A stretch of DNA of 63,488 nt, filler included, from Globobulimina sp. (GCA_003354225.1; 29 parts of 29 records of this genome joined end to end with filler, not necessarily neighbours in it), one strand, 5' to 3'; positions 12,494 to 24,656 are shown, counted from the whole stretch's first letter. Notes: generated by a model from the sequence alone, not told the origin. Translations and numbers: made by a program.

Positions 12494-13164
12494 AAGAAGC
12501 TCAAATTGTATATAAGTATGCTAAATCATTCCGTTTGTTGTTCAATAGGACTGACAAACCTAATTAATTCCTATACAAATTTTTAAGTAAATTCCTTTAA
12601 GAAAAAAACTCTAGCTAGCTTTGTAGAGCTCAAAAAACATTTTTTTGCTAATCAAGCTCTGGTCGCCGAAAAATACATGCAAAGTGCTAAAAAAAATGAA
12701 TATTTATGCGATATTTGCAAAAAATACGGAATCATGGTAAATTGTAAAAACCTTGCATACGGAATTTTTAACATTTTATCATTTTACCATTTTTTTACCT
12801 TTTACTGCTTTTAGATAAATAAAAAAGGGTGCATCGTTTCGAAATCCGTAAGCATGTTTTTCAATGAAATTCGTAAGTAAATCAGTGCCATTTCAATGCA
12901 AATTAACTGTGTATTTTCGATATATTAATGCTATAAAAATCTGTTTTTAAACAGAAAAAATCAGTTTTTTCCCTTAGAAAATAGATTTTTACTATAAAGC
13001 AAAAATGCCTTACAGTGGTGTATCGGATAAGATGCAGACGCTATGACCACTTTTTCAATATGACNNNNNNNNNNNNNNNNNNNNNNNNNNNNNNNNNNNN
13101 NNNNNNNNTTAATTAATTAANNNNNNNNNNNNNNNNNNNNNNNNNNNNNNNNNNNNNNNNNNNN

Positions 13165-14120
13165 GGCGATGGTTGGGAATATATGGATTGGTTAGATTTC
13201 CTGATTAATAATGGATGTTCGTCCAAGGACAGCCGGCGTGGGTCCACATTAATAATATTGTCAATATCTTCTTCAGTTTGAATGATTATTTTCTTTTTTT
13301 TCTTTTTTTTCTTTTTTTTGGCTGATTTAGAGGCAGAGGAAGGAATCGTTGACGTTGACGATGAATCATTGCTGTTATAACCGTATAAATCGCTATTATG
13401 GGATATCTGTTTTCTTTTTTTGTCACTGTTCGTGCTTGGCATGTCGGACATATTTGTGTTGTTTATGCCGATTCGATTTAATATGCGGTCTTTCCTGAAC
13501 TGTGTCATGCGTTGGTTATTTCGAGCCGGTGTTCGGTCTTCGTCAAAGGTTGTAAATAAATGCAAGGAACTCGCGGATGAGGTTCGTTGTAGCTCGTCAA
13601 TGCTATTTAAACTCTCTTTGTTTTGGGGCACATTTTTAAATGCAAATGACTCGATATCGGGTTTATGCGTATTGTTGCTGTTGCAATTGAACGTATTGAA
13701 GGACGAAAATACAGAATCATGATCGTTATTGTTATTGATGTTGTTGTGGTCGTTGTTGTGGTTAAAGGAGAATGGATTACAATTTTTTATTTTCCTTCTT
13801 TGCGAGCCTTTGGAGGGTGAGATTGATAATGATTTTATCCGCTTTATGCGACGTTGATCATTATCAATAACTAATGTATTGTAGTCATTTGGTGATGATA
13901 TCATATTAAACTTTCGTTTACGAGTATTTCGATGGCTTTTGTTCTCGCGTTGGTGGTCATGGGTGCTTATAATTGGTGTTTTTTTACATTTTGGTGATGC
14001 AAGAATACCGGGTTGACGCTTGTTCCATAATTCATTATTGTCATTATTCCGTTGATTAATGGACTTGAACATAAATTCTATGTTCTGTTGCTTGCCGTTC
14101 TGATATATATATATATACAA
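13165..14120 (-). CDS. Low-complexity N/S/K-rich protein (partial, probably spliced)
   Basis: Long ORF with a poly-Lys tract; no recognisable domain. Confidence 0.45.
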
Positions 14121-14256
14121 AAAATGGTCGGTTTAATACCAAAAATAAATGCATACATTTGTCTTGCGTGAAGCGGACATTACTTAATTCAATGGTAGCA
14201 AATGACAAAGAAAAGTTTTTTAGTTTTTTTCTAGCCACTAAAATTACAGAAATTTA

Positions 14257-14320
14257 GAGGCTGGGCAACCTGATTAGTTACATCGTAACTATTTAGAAAC
14301 TAATCAGATTGCCCAGCCTC
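14257..14320. mobile_element. 64-bp miniature inverted-repeat element with near-perfect 8-bp target duplication
   Basis: GAGGCTGGGCAACCTGATTAGTT ... AACTAATCAGATTGCCCAGCCTC (23-bp IR, 1 mismatch), flanked by GAAATTTA and GACATTTA. Confidence 0.65.
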
Positions 14321-14404
14321 GACATTTAGTTCCATGCGTATCAATGTTACATTTATTACTGAATTTAAAAATATTGTTGTCATAGATATATTAAATGGAT
14401 TCAC

Positions 14405-15103
14405 TTATTTTAATTGCTTTACTGCAGAATTTATTAATTTCACTGTTGATCTGCCAAATAAATGAACAAACATTCTGTATTTTGTGTGAACATTGACCAA
14501 AATGCTATTAAATTGAGCAATGCAGCGGCGATTGACGTAGTATTTCAATGTTTTTGATTTCATGTTTAAAACCATTGTGACAATATCGCCAGATTGGAAA
14601 CCGCCGCTCATATCACTGCTTCCAATGGTATCATTGAATGAGTATTTATTTGCAAAACTTGTGTATGCATAATAGACAGACTTTGCTGTATATTTTCCAG
14701 TGTCATTTATCCACAAAGCATCTGCCTCATCAATGCCAATATGAACACTATAACATGCTATTATTTTGAACTTCCATTTATAAACAGAATAGCTTTTGTG
14801 TCGTGAATTAGTTGTTACTATATATGATCCATAAGCAGTGTTCTCAATGAATGTGTTATTACGAATTGATTTGTTTCCTTTTGCAATTTCAATATTTTCA
14901 CCACATTTAAAAAAGTAATCTTTTGTACCATAGTATAATAACACTAATTGTTTGATTACATCAGGTATAAGCACATCGAGAGACCACTCAAATTCACCAA
15001 TGTATCCGAATATTAATGCAAATGTTCTCCTGTCAATTGATTGCCAATTCACTGAAAGTGACATGATACAGTAATCACAGTTAACTGGCCCAAACTGAAA
15101 CAC
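14405..15103 (-). CDS. SPRY/B30.2-domain protein
   Basis: YKWKFKI, HIGID, FQSGDIVTMVLNM, LKYYVN; N-terminal LIFGYI..IPDVIKQLVLLYY head. Confidence 0.75.
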   Translation of the reverse strand: MFQFGPVNCDYCIMSLSVNWQSIDRRTFALIFGYIGEFEWSLDVLIPDVIKQLVLLYYGTKDYFFKCGENIEIAKGNKSIRNNTFIENTAYGSYIVTTNSRHKSYSVYKWKFKIIACYSVHIGIDEADALWINDTGKYTAKSVYYAYTSFANKYSFNDTIGSSDMSGGFQSGDIVTMVLNMKSKTLKYYVNRRCIAQFNSILVNVHTKYRMFVHLFGRSTVKLINSAVKQLK

Positions 15104-15449
15104 TTAGCTCTTCGACCATCGCTTCCATTGTGCCAAAAAACCCAAAACAGATTGCAACAGCCGTCTTGCTCCTAGAATTTCAATCATATTACAGCTGCAA
15201 TAAAGTTGACTACATCATAATTATAATTACCTAATTAATTAATATATCATTCTATTTTNNNNNNNNNNNNNNNNNNNNNNNNNNNNNNNNNNNNNNNNNN
15301 NNTTAATTAATTAANNNNNNNNNNNNNNNNNNNNNNNNNNNNNNNNNNNNNNNNNNNNATTTGACTGCTTCACTCTGTAAGTAAGTATGACGAGAATGAA
15401 CATCGTAATATAATTTATTTGGCGGTATTTAATTGGTATGTATATGGAT

Positions 15450-15520
15450 AGTCGCCTAGCTCAAGTAGAGCACTGGATGTATGGATTCAGAAGATCCAGG
15501 TTCAATCCCTGAGGCAGCCT
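15450..15520 (+). pseudogene. Degenerate tRNA-like element
   Basis: D-stem GCTC/GAGC, stem CTGGA/TTCAG with 8-nt loop, T-arm CAGG-TTCAATC-CCTG, partly paired acceptor stem. Confidence 0.55.
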
Positions 15521-15526
15521 CACTAG

Positions 15527-16006
15527 ATGAATGAATTGATAATCAATACAAACAACACGAAATTAAATCTTTTAAACGACAACCAATGGAATGAAATCTC
15601 CATCATAGCCCAAGCCAACACACCTAATCCCAACAAACGCAGATTACGCACCATCCAAACTGAATATGCCGAAGAGAAACAATACGAAGGCGTACCCCAT
15701 GGCAAAAACTGGCAATCCGCTCAAAAATATTGCAAATCCACGCGCCGAGGCCATTTGGCCACCATTCTCGACGAAACGGACAACTTCGCAGTGGCCACTG
15801 AGTGCAGCGCGCTCGGCACGCGCTGGCATTGCTGGGTAGGCTTGAAACGTCCCTTTGAAACCTGGATCGATGGCGAAGCCGTGGAATATACCAATTGGTT
15901 ACCCGGAGACGCAAGAAGCAACGCTCGAAATGGGCGAGGATCAGAGCGTATAGCAGGGCGCGTAAACGTAAGCGTGCCAGACGGAGAGATGGTGAGTATA
16001 TGGTGA
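15527..16006 (+). CDS. C-type lectin-like domain protein (possibly disrupted after about 15910)
   Basis: KNWQSAQKYC...GHLATI...CWVGL...WIDG...YTNW; the distal CTLD cysteines are not seen. Confidence 0.65.
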   Translation: MNELIINTNNTKLNLLNDNQWNEISIIAQANTPNPNKRRLRTIQTEYAEEKQYEGVPHGKNWQSAQKYCKSTRRGHLATILDETDNFAVATECSALGTRWHCWVGLKRPFETWIDGEAVEYTNWLPGDARSNARNGRGSERIAGRVNVSVPDGEMVSIW

Positions 16007-16019
16007 GTATGGTTATGAG

Positions 16020-16793
16020 ATGATAAGTCGGTGTAAGGTGATTGTGGGGGATAGGAATTATGAGATATGCGTGAATTATAACTTTGGGGATATGTTTCTG
16101 AGCGTTGATGTGCGCTTTGTGGATAGGAAGGTGTTGCGAGGTGGGAATGGGATTGATTTTAGGACGCATAGTGACGATTTGGGTGTCGGTGTGGGTGCGT
16201 TTGATGGGTATCATGTGGTGGAAAGAGGGGAAATGTTTGATCCGATTGAAGGGAATCTGGGGTATGCGGTGTGGAAGTATGAGTTGATGGATTGGCATGG
16301 CTTTAATGGCGAGGATGGAGACGGGAAATATGCGTATGGAGAGTTTAGAGAATTCGATGATTATATACATTATTTTGAGGAACATGAGTTGTATTTTAAT
16401 AATATGTTGGATGGTAACGGGAGTGTTGCTGAGTATGTGTGTAGCAGCAAAATAGGGAATTTGCCATTTAAAATGTGTATGAAAGCGGTGGGAGAGGATA
16501 CGATGTTGTATTTTGAGAAGGATGTGGATGATGGATACGTGATGGATGCCACCTATTCGTTTCAGGTGAAGGAGTTTATAGATAATAGGTTTGAGAATAA
16601 TGTGTTTTATTTTAATGAGGATAGGTATTGGGATGAAATCAGTGTGGTGAATGTTGATAAGGATATGCAATGGATGAAAAAATGCAGTTTTAAGCTATTA
16701 ATTGCGAAAATATGCATTGAGCAATTTCATATAAATGACAGTAGAGCTTCTATTAAATTTCAGTCTAAAAATACATACAATTCATCTGTATAG
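16020..16793 (+). CDS. Acidic protein segment of unknown function, possibly the same gene as the lectin
   Basis: 257-aa ORF with coding-like composition; contains a WDEIS motif. Confidence 0.45.
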   Translation: MISRCKVIVGDRNYEICVNYNFGDMFLSVDVRFVDRKVLRGGNGIDFRTHSDDLGVGVGAFDGYHVVERGEMFDPIEGNLGYAVWKYELMDWHGFNGEDGDGKYAYGEFREFDDYIHYFEEHELYFNNMLDGNGSVAEYVCSSKIGNLPFKMCMKAVGEDTMLYFEKDVDDGYVMDATYSFQVKEFIDNRFENNVFYFNEDRYWDEISVVNVDKDMQWMKKCSFKLLIAKICIEQFHINDSRASIKFQSKNTYNSSV

Positions 16794-16975
16794 AATGTAT
16801 TGTTATTTTTTTTTGTTTTTTTTATGTTTTTGGTTTCTATATCCTTGCACAAGTGTATACTGTAATACGTTCAAGGATAATTGCTAAACTCTCAGTAACA
16901 CAAAATACAAAAAAAAAAGTGTGTTTTAATGGTTTTTGTGTAAAGTGTATTTTTAATGTCGTGTATAAAAAAGGA

Positions 16976-17451
16976 ATGATGAATTTTTCTAATTTGCTAT
17001 TTTTTGTATTACATATATTGAAGCTCTCATCATTGGATATCTTGGATGTTTCAGATTTTACATTTTATTATAAAACCTACCATTATATACCAGACGGCTT
17101 AGACACATCCACATCGACATCCACATTCTACAATGATGAAATACAAACCAATATAACCATAGCTTTCTCAAACAACAAAGCAACACTAATATTACACGAT
17201 AGCTACAACAACATGGTTGAATTAGATATATTAAACAATAACAATTGGGATGAAATATCAACAGTAAAACCTATACAACAACACCAAACAACACAAAAAA
17301 CACAATTAAAATCATCTCGTTCATTATTACAATATGGTCCACCACGACGACGCCGTCCCCCACAACGCCCATATCGTCCCCCACAACGCACATATCGCCC
17401 ACAACGCCCATATGGTCCACCCCCACCACGCCCATATGGTCCGCCAGGAGG
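16976..17451 (+). CDS. Secreted protein with Pro/Arg/Tyr-rich repeats (3'-partial)
   Basis: Signal-peptide-like MMNFSNLLFFVLHILKLSS, then WDEIS...RSLLQ, then PQRPYRP/RPYGPP repeats. Confidence 0.6.
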
Positions 17452-17808
17452 NNNNNNNNNNNNNNNNNNNNNNNNNNNNNNNNNNNNNNNNNNNNTTAAT
17501 TAATTAANNNNNNNNNNNNNNNNNNNNNNNNNNNNNNNNNNNNNNNNNNNNAAGAGCGTTATATGCTTGTAGCGCTCCTATATTCGTGTTAATTCTAAAT
17601 CCAGCCATTTACGACCTCCATGTAATTTTATTATTTTTAATTTCCATTTTAATTTTAATTTAACGCAAGCAAATGATTTTTTAATTTATTTATTTTTTCC
17701 ATCACTTGCGGAATATTCTTAAACCTAATTTCAGCTTTTTCAATTAGTGCCGGAATTTGTTCCATGTTACCAACTTGAATGTAGCTTGAAATAAGAAAGA
17801 ATATTATA

Positions 17809-18615
17809 TTGCGAGCAGACAACAAAGACAATGGCCGGATATTGCAAAGTGTCATGGCTTTATTTGAAGGGCTATATCCAAACACCTCCAATGAATATAT
17901 CATTCCAATCCAGACTTGTGATCCTGACAAAGATATAATTTATCCAAATCCAAACGTATGCCCCATATTAACAGAGATGAATAATGATATTAGGAACACC
18001 AACAAATATAAAACCAGATATGAGACAATCACCGCAAATTTAATTGCGTTGACAAACAGTTTTACATTTCTGCAGAATTTGCGCACCGACGAGTCGCAAG
18101 ATTGTGGCATAGTGTATGGCTGTTATAATTATTCTGTGCCTTGGCAATTTACACAGGAATTGTTTGATAACATAACAAGGGATAGGTCGTGGTATCAAAA
18201 CTATTATAATACGTTTCCAAACTATATAAATGCGACAAAGTTTCAGAATGGACCTTTATTGAAATTAATTTACCAAAGGTTGCAAGATGCAGTCAATAGT
18301 TCGGATGGAATGGAGCCGAAATTGTATGTTTATGGCGGTCATGATAATGGACCAATTGCCACTGTTTTAGGCGCATTCCAACAAAATATTACTTTTTGGA
18401 TTCCTTATGCTTCCATGATAAGTATTGAGTTATTTTTGAATAGAAAAGAAGGAAAATATTATGTTTTGTTAAGTTATAATGGCAATGTGTTGCGTGTTGC
18501 AAATTGGTGTGATAGTGATCAAAATGAATATGGTTTGTGTAGCTGGACAAAGTACAGTGAATGGATGGAAGTAGTAACACCGACAAAAGAAGAATGCCCA
18601 AATATGAATGTTTAA
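17809..18615 (+). CDS. Histidine acid phosphatase, C-terminal exon
   Basis: RILQSVMALFEGLYP, LYVYGGHD (HD motif), IPYASMISIEL, YVLLSYNG. Confidence 0.8.
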   Translation: MRADNKDNGRILQSVMALFEGLYPNTSNEYIIPIQTCDPDKDIIYPNPNVCPILTEMNNDIRNTNKYKTRYETITANLIALTNSFTFLQNLRTDESQDCGIVYGCYNYSVPWQFTQELFDNITRDRSWYQNYYNTFPNYINATKFQNGPLLKLIYQRLQDAVNSSDGMEPKLYVYGGHDNGPIATVLGAFQQNITFWIPYASMISIELFLNRKEGKYYVLLSYNGNVLRVANWCDSDQNEYGLCSWTKYSEWMEVVTPTKEECPNMNV

Positions 18616-18688
18616 TAAAAATATTATTTAATTATACAAATTATTTTCACTTCAGTCTTTATATGGCAATGTTAAAAAAAAAACAATT

Positions 18689-19644
18689 CTAAAATGTCAA
18701 CAAATGCGGATGAATATTCCGGATCAAACATTGATGTTTATGATATTGTCGAGGTCTCTCATTCCAATAAGGATCATAATTAGGATCTGTACACATATTT
18801 TCTTTCCACTCAATTGGCCCTAAATTAATTGAGATGCCATGCATTTCACACCATTCATCACAGCGAATATCCCATACTTGACGTTTTAATTCAAAATTTA
18901 CATTAAATAAAGTTTCATCATATCTGTACAAATTTTCTTTTAAAAGCAACAAATTCAAACCTTCTCTACTCGAATATCGCAATGATGCATCGATTGTATT
19001 TACGATATGCACTGATAACAACACATTTGGATTATCGTTAAACCATTTCAATGATGTATAGCCAGCATCATTTATTGGTGACTTATTTTGTTGTTTATGA
19101 AACCATTTTTGTTTCGCACCATCAAAATATACCACATCATTGCCGTGCCCTCCATACATTTTATTATCATTCTCAATGTGATATGGTGCAATCCATGATA
19201 ACTTATCAGAGAATGTTTTATCTTCATCGCCTATAAACTCCACAACTTTGCTCGTATTTGGATAAAATAATACACTTTTCGCAGCATTGATAAATGCACA
19301 TTTCTGATTGAATTGGTGGACATATTTTATGTTTCTTGCTCGGAATGGACATTTTCGGACTTTATTAGTATTTATATTTATCGATATAATGTCGCTGTTA
19401 ACACTGCAGCCCATCATACCCATTGAACTCGCTCTACCTTCAAATTGGCCGCCCATTAATAAAAATATATTATTGTTTAACACGCCAAATTTGCCATAAT
19501 TCCAGTTTGCTGTTTTTAATTCTTCCACTTCGTGCAATATATTCCATTTCAACCTGAAATCTCTACCAATGCGGCATCTATCAATTGTTGAATGATCATT
19601 GCCGCCATATCTATAGATGTAATTGTCATATTTATGATACTTAT
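18689..19644 (-). CDS. Kelch-like beta-propeller protein (5'-partial)
   Basis: IYRYGG and FLLMGG blades with Trp-terminated strands. Confidence 0.55.
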
Positions 19645-19803
19645 NNNNNNNNNNNNNNNNNNNNNNNNNNNNNNNNNNNNNNNNNNNNTTAATTAATTAA
19701 NNNNNNNNNNNNNNNNNNNNNNNNNNNNNNNNNNNNNNNNNNNNTGCAAACTTCACAGTGTCTTCACGATGCAAAAATCAGTCTCGTTCATTGTGAATCA
19801 GAT

Positions 19804-21837
19804 ATGCACATCAAAGACATGAAAAGAAAGGAAAGCAGAATAACTAAATTGTACAATACAAAAAATGGACAAAATACAATTGATAGATACAAAAAAATGC
19901 CCTCATGCCACATAAACCTATCCATCTTAATACAATCACAACACGCAAACACATCCCAACGTCTTTCCAACAACAATACCAACATCTCCACAAAAACAGA
20001 CACTATAATAAAATGCGCATTGCATCAAAATCATCACACTCTGAACGGACTGATACAGTACAAAGACCCACATAAAAATGACCAAAGGTTCCCTGAAAAT
20101 AAATGTAATCAAACAGCAGGCATATCACCTGACGTTCCAGTCACTGACGATATCCTTGCCCTGTACTTGATCATTGATCATAATGTCCTTCCACTGTGTT
20201 TCATCTCTTTTTCTCCGCCATCTCCATACTATTGTAATTCTTGTATTTATAATATCAATCTTGATATAACTCATTGCGAGACATCACCACTGATACAAAA
20301 TGTACACAACAAGCTGAAGTACTGTCACTGCTTAGCCCAAAAAGTGCTTTTCATCAACTTCTTAAATAAAACTCTCACTTCTCTCCACCTCAATCCCTTT
20401 CTCAAACTTCCCTCACTATATTCCATTGTACAGACCATAACAAGATGGCTAAAGAACAAAAAGGTACTTTCAACACACAAAATATACAGAAACGGTTACA
20501 AATCAAAATTCATATATAATATACATTTCATAGTTGCTGCTGATTTCTCCTTTGATGATGATGAACAAATGTTGGATAAATCCCTCATCCCATTCCCACG
20601 CAAAACTGACCAACACCGTGTACTCAACTCCTGCCAAATTCGACCAAATCCCCTAAAACGTAGCCATCCTGGCTCAAACCCTTCAGACTCTCGCTCGCCT
20701 TTCTTGAAAACCACCCGCTTGTTTTCCATACAAAATCCTGGTGATAATATCAATAAATTATCGTACATTGCGGGCATACAAAATATCCCCCCATCAGTAA
20801 AAACCATCAATATCCGTTGTACCTCCTCCATTGTCCCCGACAGAGTTACCACCTTCAGCCAATATGATGATTTAAAAATTAATTTTGATCAACAGCAAAT
20901 AGCGGCAAATCCCCATCGTACGGTCACCAAAACCAAAGCATATCTCCCTGCGACGCGAACCTCCCGTATGATCCAGAAATATTACCAAAAGCAAATGGTC
21001 CGTACTGACAAATGGATCCATGCTGCGACCAAATATCACGATGCGCTGAACGTGGAGTATAATGCCCAGATCGTATACTCCAAAGTATTTATTAATGACC
21101 GCATTGCAGAGCGCTTATCCATCCGCGATGGAAACAAATTTATCCAGTCCCTGAAGCATGCGCCTACCATCAAATCCAGAGCCGAGTTATTGCCCACATC
21201 GGCACCATTGACGGTGATATTTAGCTCCTCGTCGTACACCTATTACCCGAACGATACCGCATTCTATAATTCATTGGATAAAATTGAGGGCGATACGCAG
21301 GGCATTCTCACTTATCTCAACCCCTTACACGGCAACGCCAGAAAAACAGGTTCGGGCTTCCATTACGTGGCAACTAACCAGCTTTTATTAGATTACATCA
21401 CTGATATCATCGCGCAGCCGCTACCATTACAATATGAGGTTTTATTCAATAATTACCCCCTCAAAATCACCGTAGCTGACAATGTGGCACATTATGGAGA
21501 CAATGACTTCTTTGGGCACGCACGTTGCACCTGGCTGTAATTCACTATCTTTCCCCGTTAAGAAATCGAGCCTGTTCTATGGATGTCGTAACAAATTAAA
21601 ACGCATCTTCAACTTAACTGTATTGGACAACATGGACACCGTCAACCGTTACCAGGCACGCTCCATCAAATTGGCATACATTTGGGATATGTTAGGCTAT
21701 CACATCACGGATACGAACTGCTTAAAACTGACACTTATGCCATGCGACCCGATCAAAGCCAGAGCGTGGTATTGCTCCACAAAACATGCTCTATTAACTG
21801 GCAACACATTGGTATTGCATCACATATCGCCATATTT
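19804..21837 (+). CDS. Unknown protein with an apparent frameshift near 21535
   Basis: 578-aa ORF continuing in the +1 frame; removing one base gives CTWC (CxxC). No family recognised. Confidence 0.4.
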
Positions 21838-22010
21838 NNNNNNNNNNNNNNNNNNNNNNNNNNNNNNNNNNNNNNNNNNNNTTAATTAATTAANNNNNNN
21901 NNNNNNNNNNNNNNNNNNNNNNNNNNNNNNNNNNNNNTGGACAAAATTGGTGATGAAAAAAGAGGCGGCGGCGGTGGTGGCGGCATAACCTTGAAAATAA
22001 AATTAAAAAA

Positions 22011-22574
22011 TTATCCGCAAAATCGCAAAAAAAAACAAAACAATACCTTTTCTTCGTTTTCTTTTTCATCACAGATTTGTTTAAATGATAAAATTGAGAA
22101 ACTATCGTTTTTATCCAAACAAGAAATCGCTAAACAAAATCCAATTTTAGATTTTTTAATTTCAAATGCTTTTTTTAATTTTGATGAATTTTTTCCAAAT
22201 GAGAGCCAATTTTTATTTAAATTTAATTCCATAATAATTACATCTCCTTCTTCGTATTCAACTGAATAGTCACTATGTTTACCATTTGAATCATATTTAG
22301 TGCCACCACGTGCATAATATCCATAATGAATGGTTGAATCAGATTGACTAAAAAAGTCTGTATTTGTATATTTATGATTTGCTTCATCGATTCCGATTGT
22401 ACCCAAAGCACATTTTAATTTATTTATTTTAATTTGCCATTCGAAAATGCCGCTTCCTTTCGCGACTTGGCCACCGTAAACAGTTCTTCCTGAGTTATTC
22501 TGTTTTATGATTGTTTTTCCATTATCTTTGATGGTGAATGTATTCTCTACAAAATATTGAAACGTGTCCTCCAT
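22011..22574 (-). CDS. SPRY/B30.2-domain protein
   Basis: IFEWQIKI, TIGID, YEEGDVIIMELNL, LSFGKN. Confidence 0.75.
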   Translation of the reverse strand: MEDTFQYFVENTFTIKDNGKTIIKQNNSGRTVYGGQVAKGSGIFEWQIKINKLKCALGTIGIDEANHKYTNTDFFSQSDSTIHYGYYARGGTKYDSNGKHSDYSVEYEEGDVIIMELNLNKNWLSFGKNSSKLKKAFEIKKSKIGFCLAISCLDKNDSFSILSFKQICDEKENEEKVLFCFFLRFCG

Positions 22575-22660
22575 AAAGTAATACTGTCAAATATTGAAGC
22601 GTGTTTTTTGTGTCAAAACCTCAAGAAACATCTTCCTTTATTCAGCTATATTGACGAGAC

Positions 22661-23929
22661 ATGGGCAATACTTCTAGTGCTGCTCATGACAGCAAAAGGA
22701 AATCTAGAAAGTGGAGCAAAAAAGGATATTTACAATTCCACAAACGATCATTTTTTAAAGTGTTATGCCTGGATTCGTGTAAAATTGATGATGACAATGT
22801 TTTGGTCGCATCAATGTGTCAGGGAGGTACTGTTATTGTGAGCAAACTATATATTCAAAATAAAAAGAAAATAGGATCCACAAAAATCGCAGAGCTCAAG
22901 ATGCAAATCGGAGATCATATAGTCACAGATCTTTCGACTGTGAAATTATCACAAATCAGTGGTCAAAACGCATTCAATATTGCCTGTGCTGGAACTGATA
23001 ATTTTTGTAGAATATTCACAATCGATCTTGATCCAAATCAACAAGCAACAAGAAATACCAATGATGAATGTGTTATATTAGACGCACAAAACAAAGCAGT
23101 CGGATGTATCACAGATATTAAATTTATTTGCGACGGAAGAATATTAACGAGCTATGCCGATGGAAGCCTATTATTATGGAACTTTGCTGACAAAAAAGAG
23201 ATTTTATCAATAAAAATAAATATTGAGTGTGCTATAGATGATATTCTGTCGATTGATCATATTAACTTAAACAGGAAAAATATTGTGGCCTTTGTAGGTG
23301 GCGAAAATGGACAAAAAATATATTTTAAAGACTTAACACAGTTAATTCAAGCAAATGGACACAAATATCCATTGGTTATAGGTAGTATTGATTGGATTGA
23401 TTATGGTTTGCATGCTAATATCGAATATGTTTCATTTTCAAAGAATGGCGACTTTCTGGCTGCCATTGCTGATAATGGTTGTTATTGTATTTACAGTGTT
23501 AATGTATCAAATTTAAGTCATATTCATTGTAGTTTTGTGTGTAAGAAAATGTTGAATCAAATGAAGGGCCATATATTATTAACATGGGCAGATCCACAAA
23601 CGGTTTTGGTGACAGATTCAACGCATTCAACAATATATGCTACGCAAATTACTACATTCAAATGTGATGCAAAGGTAAAGAATTCCATTAAAAAAGGTGT
23701 TGTTGATATTTCTGAGCAAATAGCTGGAGATATTTCTGAAAGGAATATAAATTATATTTGTGGTGTAATAGAATTATATTTACAGGAATTTGATATTTTA
23801 GAATATGATTTTGAATCAAAAATAGAATCAAGAATATTATCATTTGCTGCGTGTACATTTGGCCACAATGATCAACACAGCATTGTTTTTGCAGGGACTG
23901 CTAATAAAGACGTTCGCTGTATTTTGTGA
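22661..23929 (+). CDS. WD40-repeat protein
   Basis: ILTSYADGSLLLWN, SFSKNGDFLAAIADNG; MGNTSS myristoylation-like start. Confidence 0.7.
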   Translation: MGNTSSAAHDSKRKSRKWSKKGYLQFHKRSFFKVLCLDSCKIDDDNVLVASMCQGGTVIVSKLYIQNKKKIGSTKIAELKMQIGDHIVTDLSTVKLSQISGQNAFNIACAGTDNFCRIFTIDLDPNQQATRNTNDECVILDAQNKAVGCITDIKFICDGRILTSYADGSLLLWNFADKKEILSIKINIECAIDDILSIDHINLNRKNIVAFVGGENGQKIYFKDLTQLIQANGHKYPLVIGSIDWIDYGLHANIEYVSFSKNGDFLAAIADNGCYCIYSVNVSNLSHIHCSFVCKKMLNQMKGHILLTWADPQTVLVTDSTHSTIYATQITTFKCDAKVKNSIKKGVVDISEQIAGDISERNINYICGVIELYLQEFDILEYDFESKIESRILSFAACTFGHNDQHSIVFAGTANKDVRCIL

Positions 23930-24130
23930 AACCTAGCTCTAATTTATGTGTGTGTCAGATTTGCATTGTATATGCTGTATAATTCTATAACTTTAATCGT
24001 TCAGTCGACTCGTGATAAACAAACATTTAANNNNNNNNNNNNNNNNNNNNNNNNNNNNNNNNNNNNNNNNNNNNTTAATTAATTAANNNNNNNNNNNNNN
24101 NNNNNNNNNNNNNNNNNNNNNNNNNNNNNN

Positions 24131-24656
24131 TCAATCATTAAAAAACAGAGCAAAGGAATTGATTGATGTGTATTATAATTTAGCAGTTAAACATGGATGG
24201 TATGCATTGTTCAAAGGTGAAAATCCGCCATTATCTGTATGGAAACCATTCTATGCTTTGTTGGCAAAAGAAATTCTAAAAGTAAGGTCAAAATATAATG
24301 AAAAAAATATAATCTGTTCTCAAGTGGTTTATCCGTATTCTGTTAGGAAATATTTAAGAAGTGTATTGAGTAAAGATTTGATATTTATAATTCTTAATAC
24401 GCCAATAACATTGCTTACAAAACGTATTATTGCTAGGGATACAAAATCAGCAGAAGGACGTGGACAGACATTAAAGGAATATATAGACAGTTTCCCTGAT
24501 TGGACTGTTGAAAAGTATAAAAGTGATGTTTCTGTGAGATTTATAGGATTTGAGCTTATGCAGCAAAATGAACCAAGAACGTTTCAGATTGATGTGCATG
24601 AAAACATGACAACAGATGATGTGTTTCATACAACAGAAAAAATTCTTGATCTTTGA
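24131..24656 (+). CDS. P-loop small-molecule kinase-like protein, C-terminal part
   Basis: IFIILNTPITLLTKRIIAR lid-type segment; Walker A lies outside the contig. Confidence 0.4.

Noticed and set aside
15624-16670. 348-aa His/Ile/Pro-rich minus-strand ORF
   Set aside because: Antisense shadow of the GAT/GAG/GTG-rich plus-strand coding sequence
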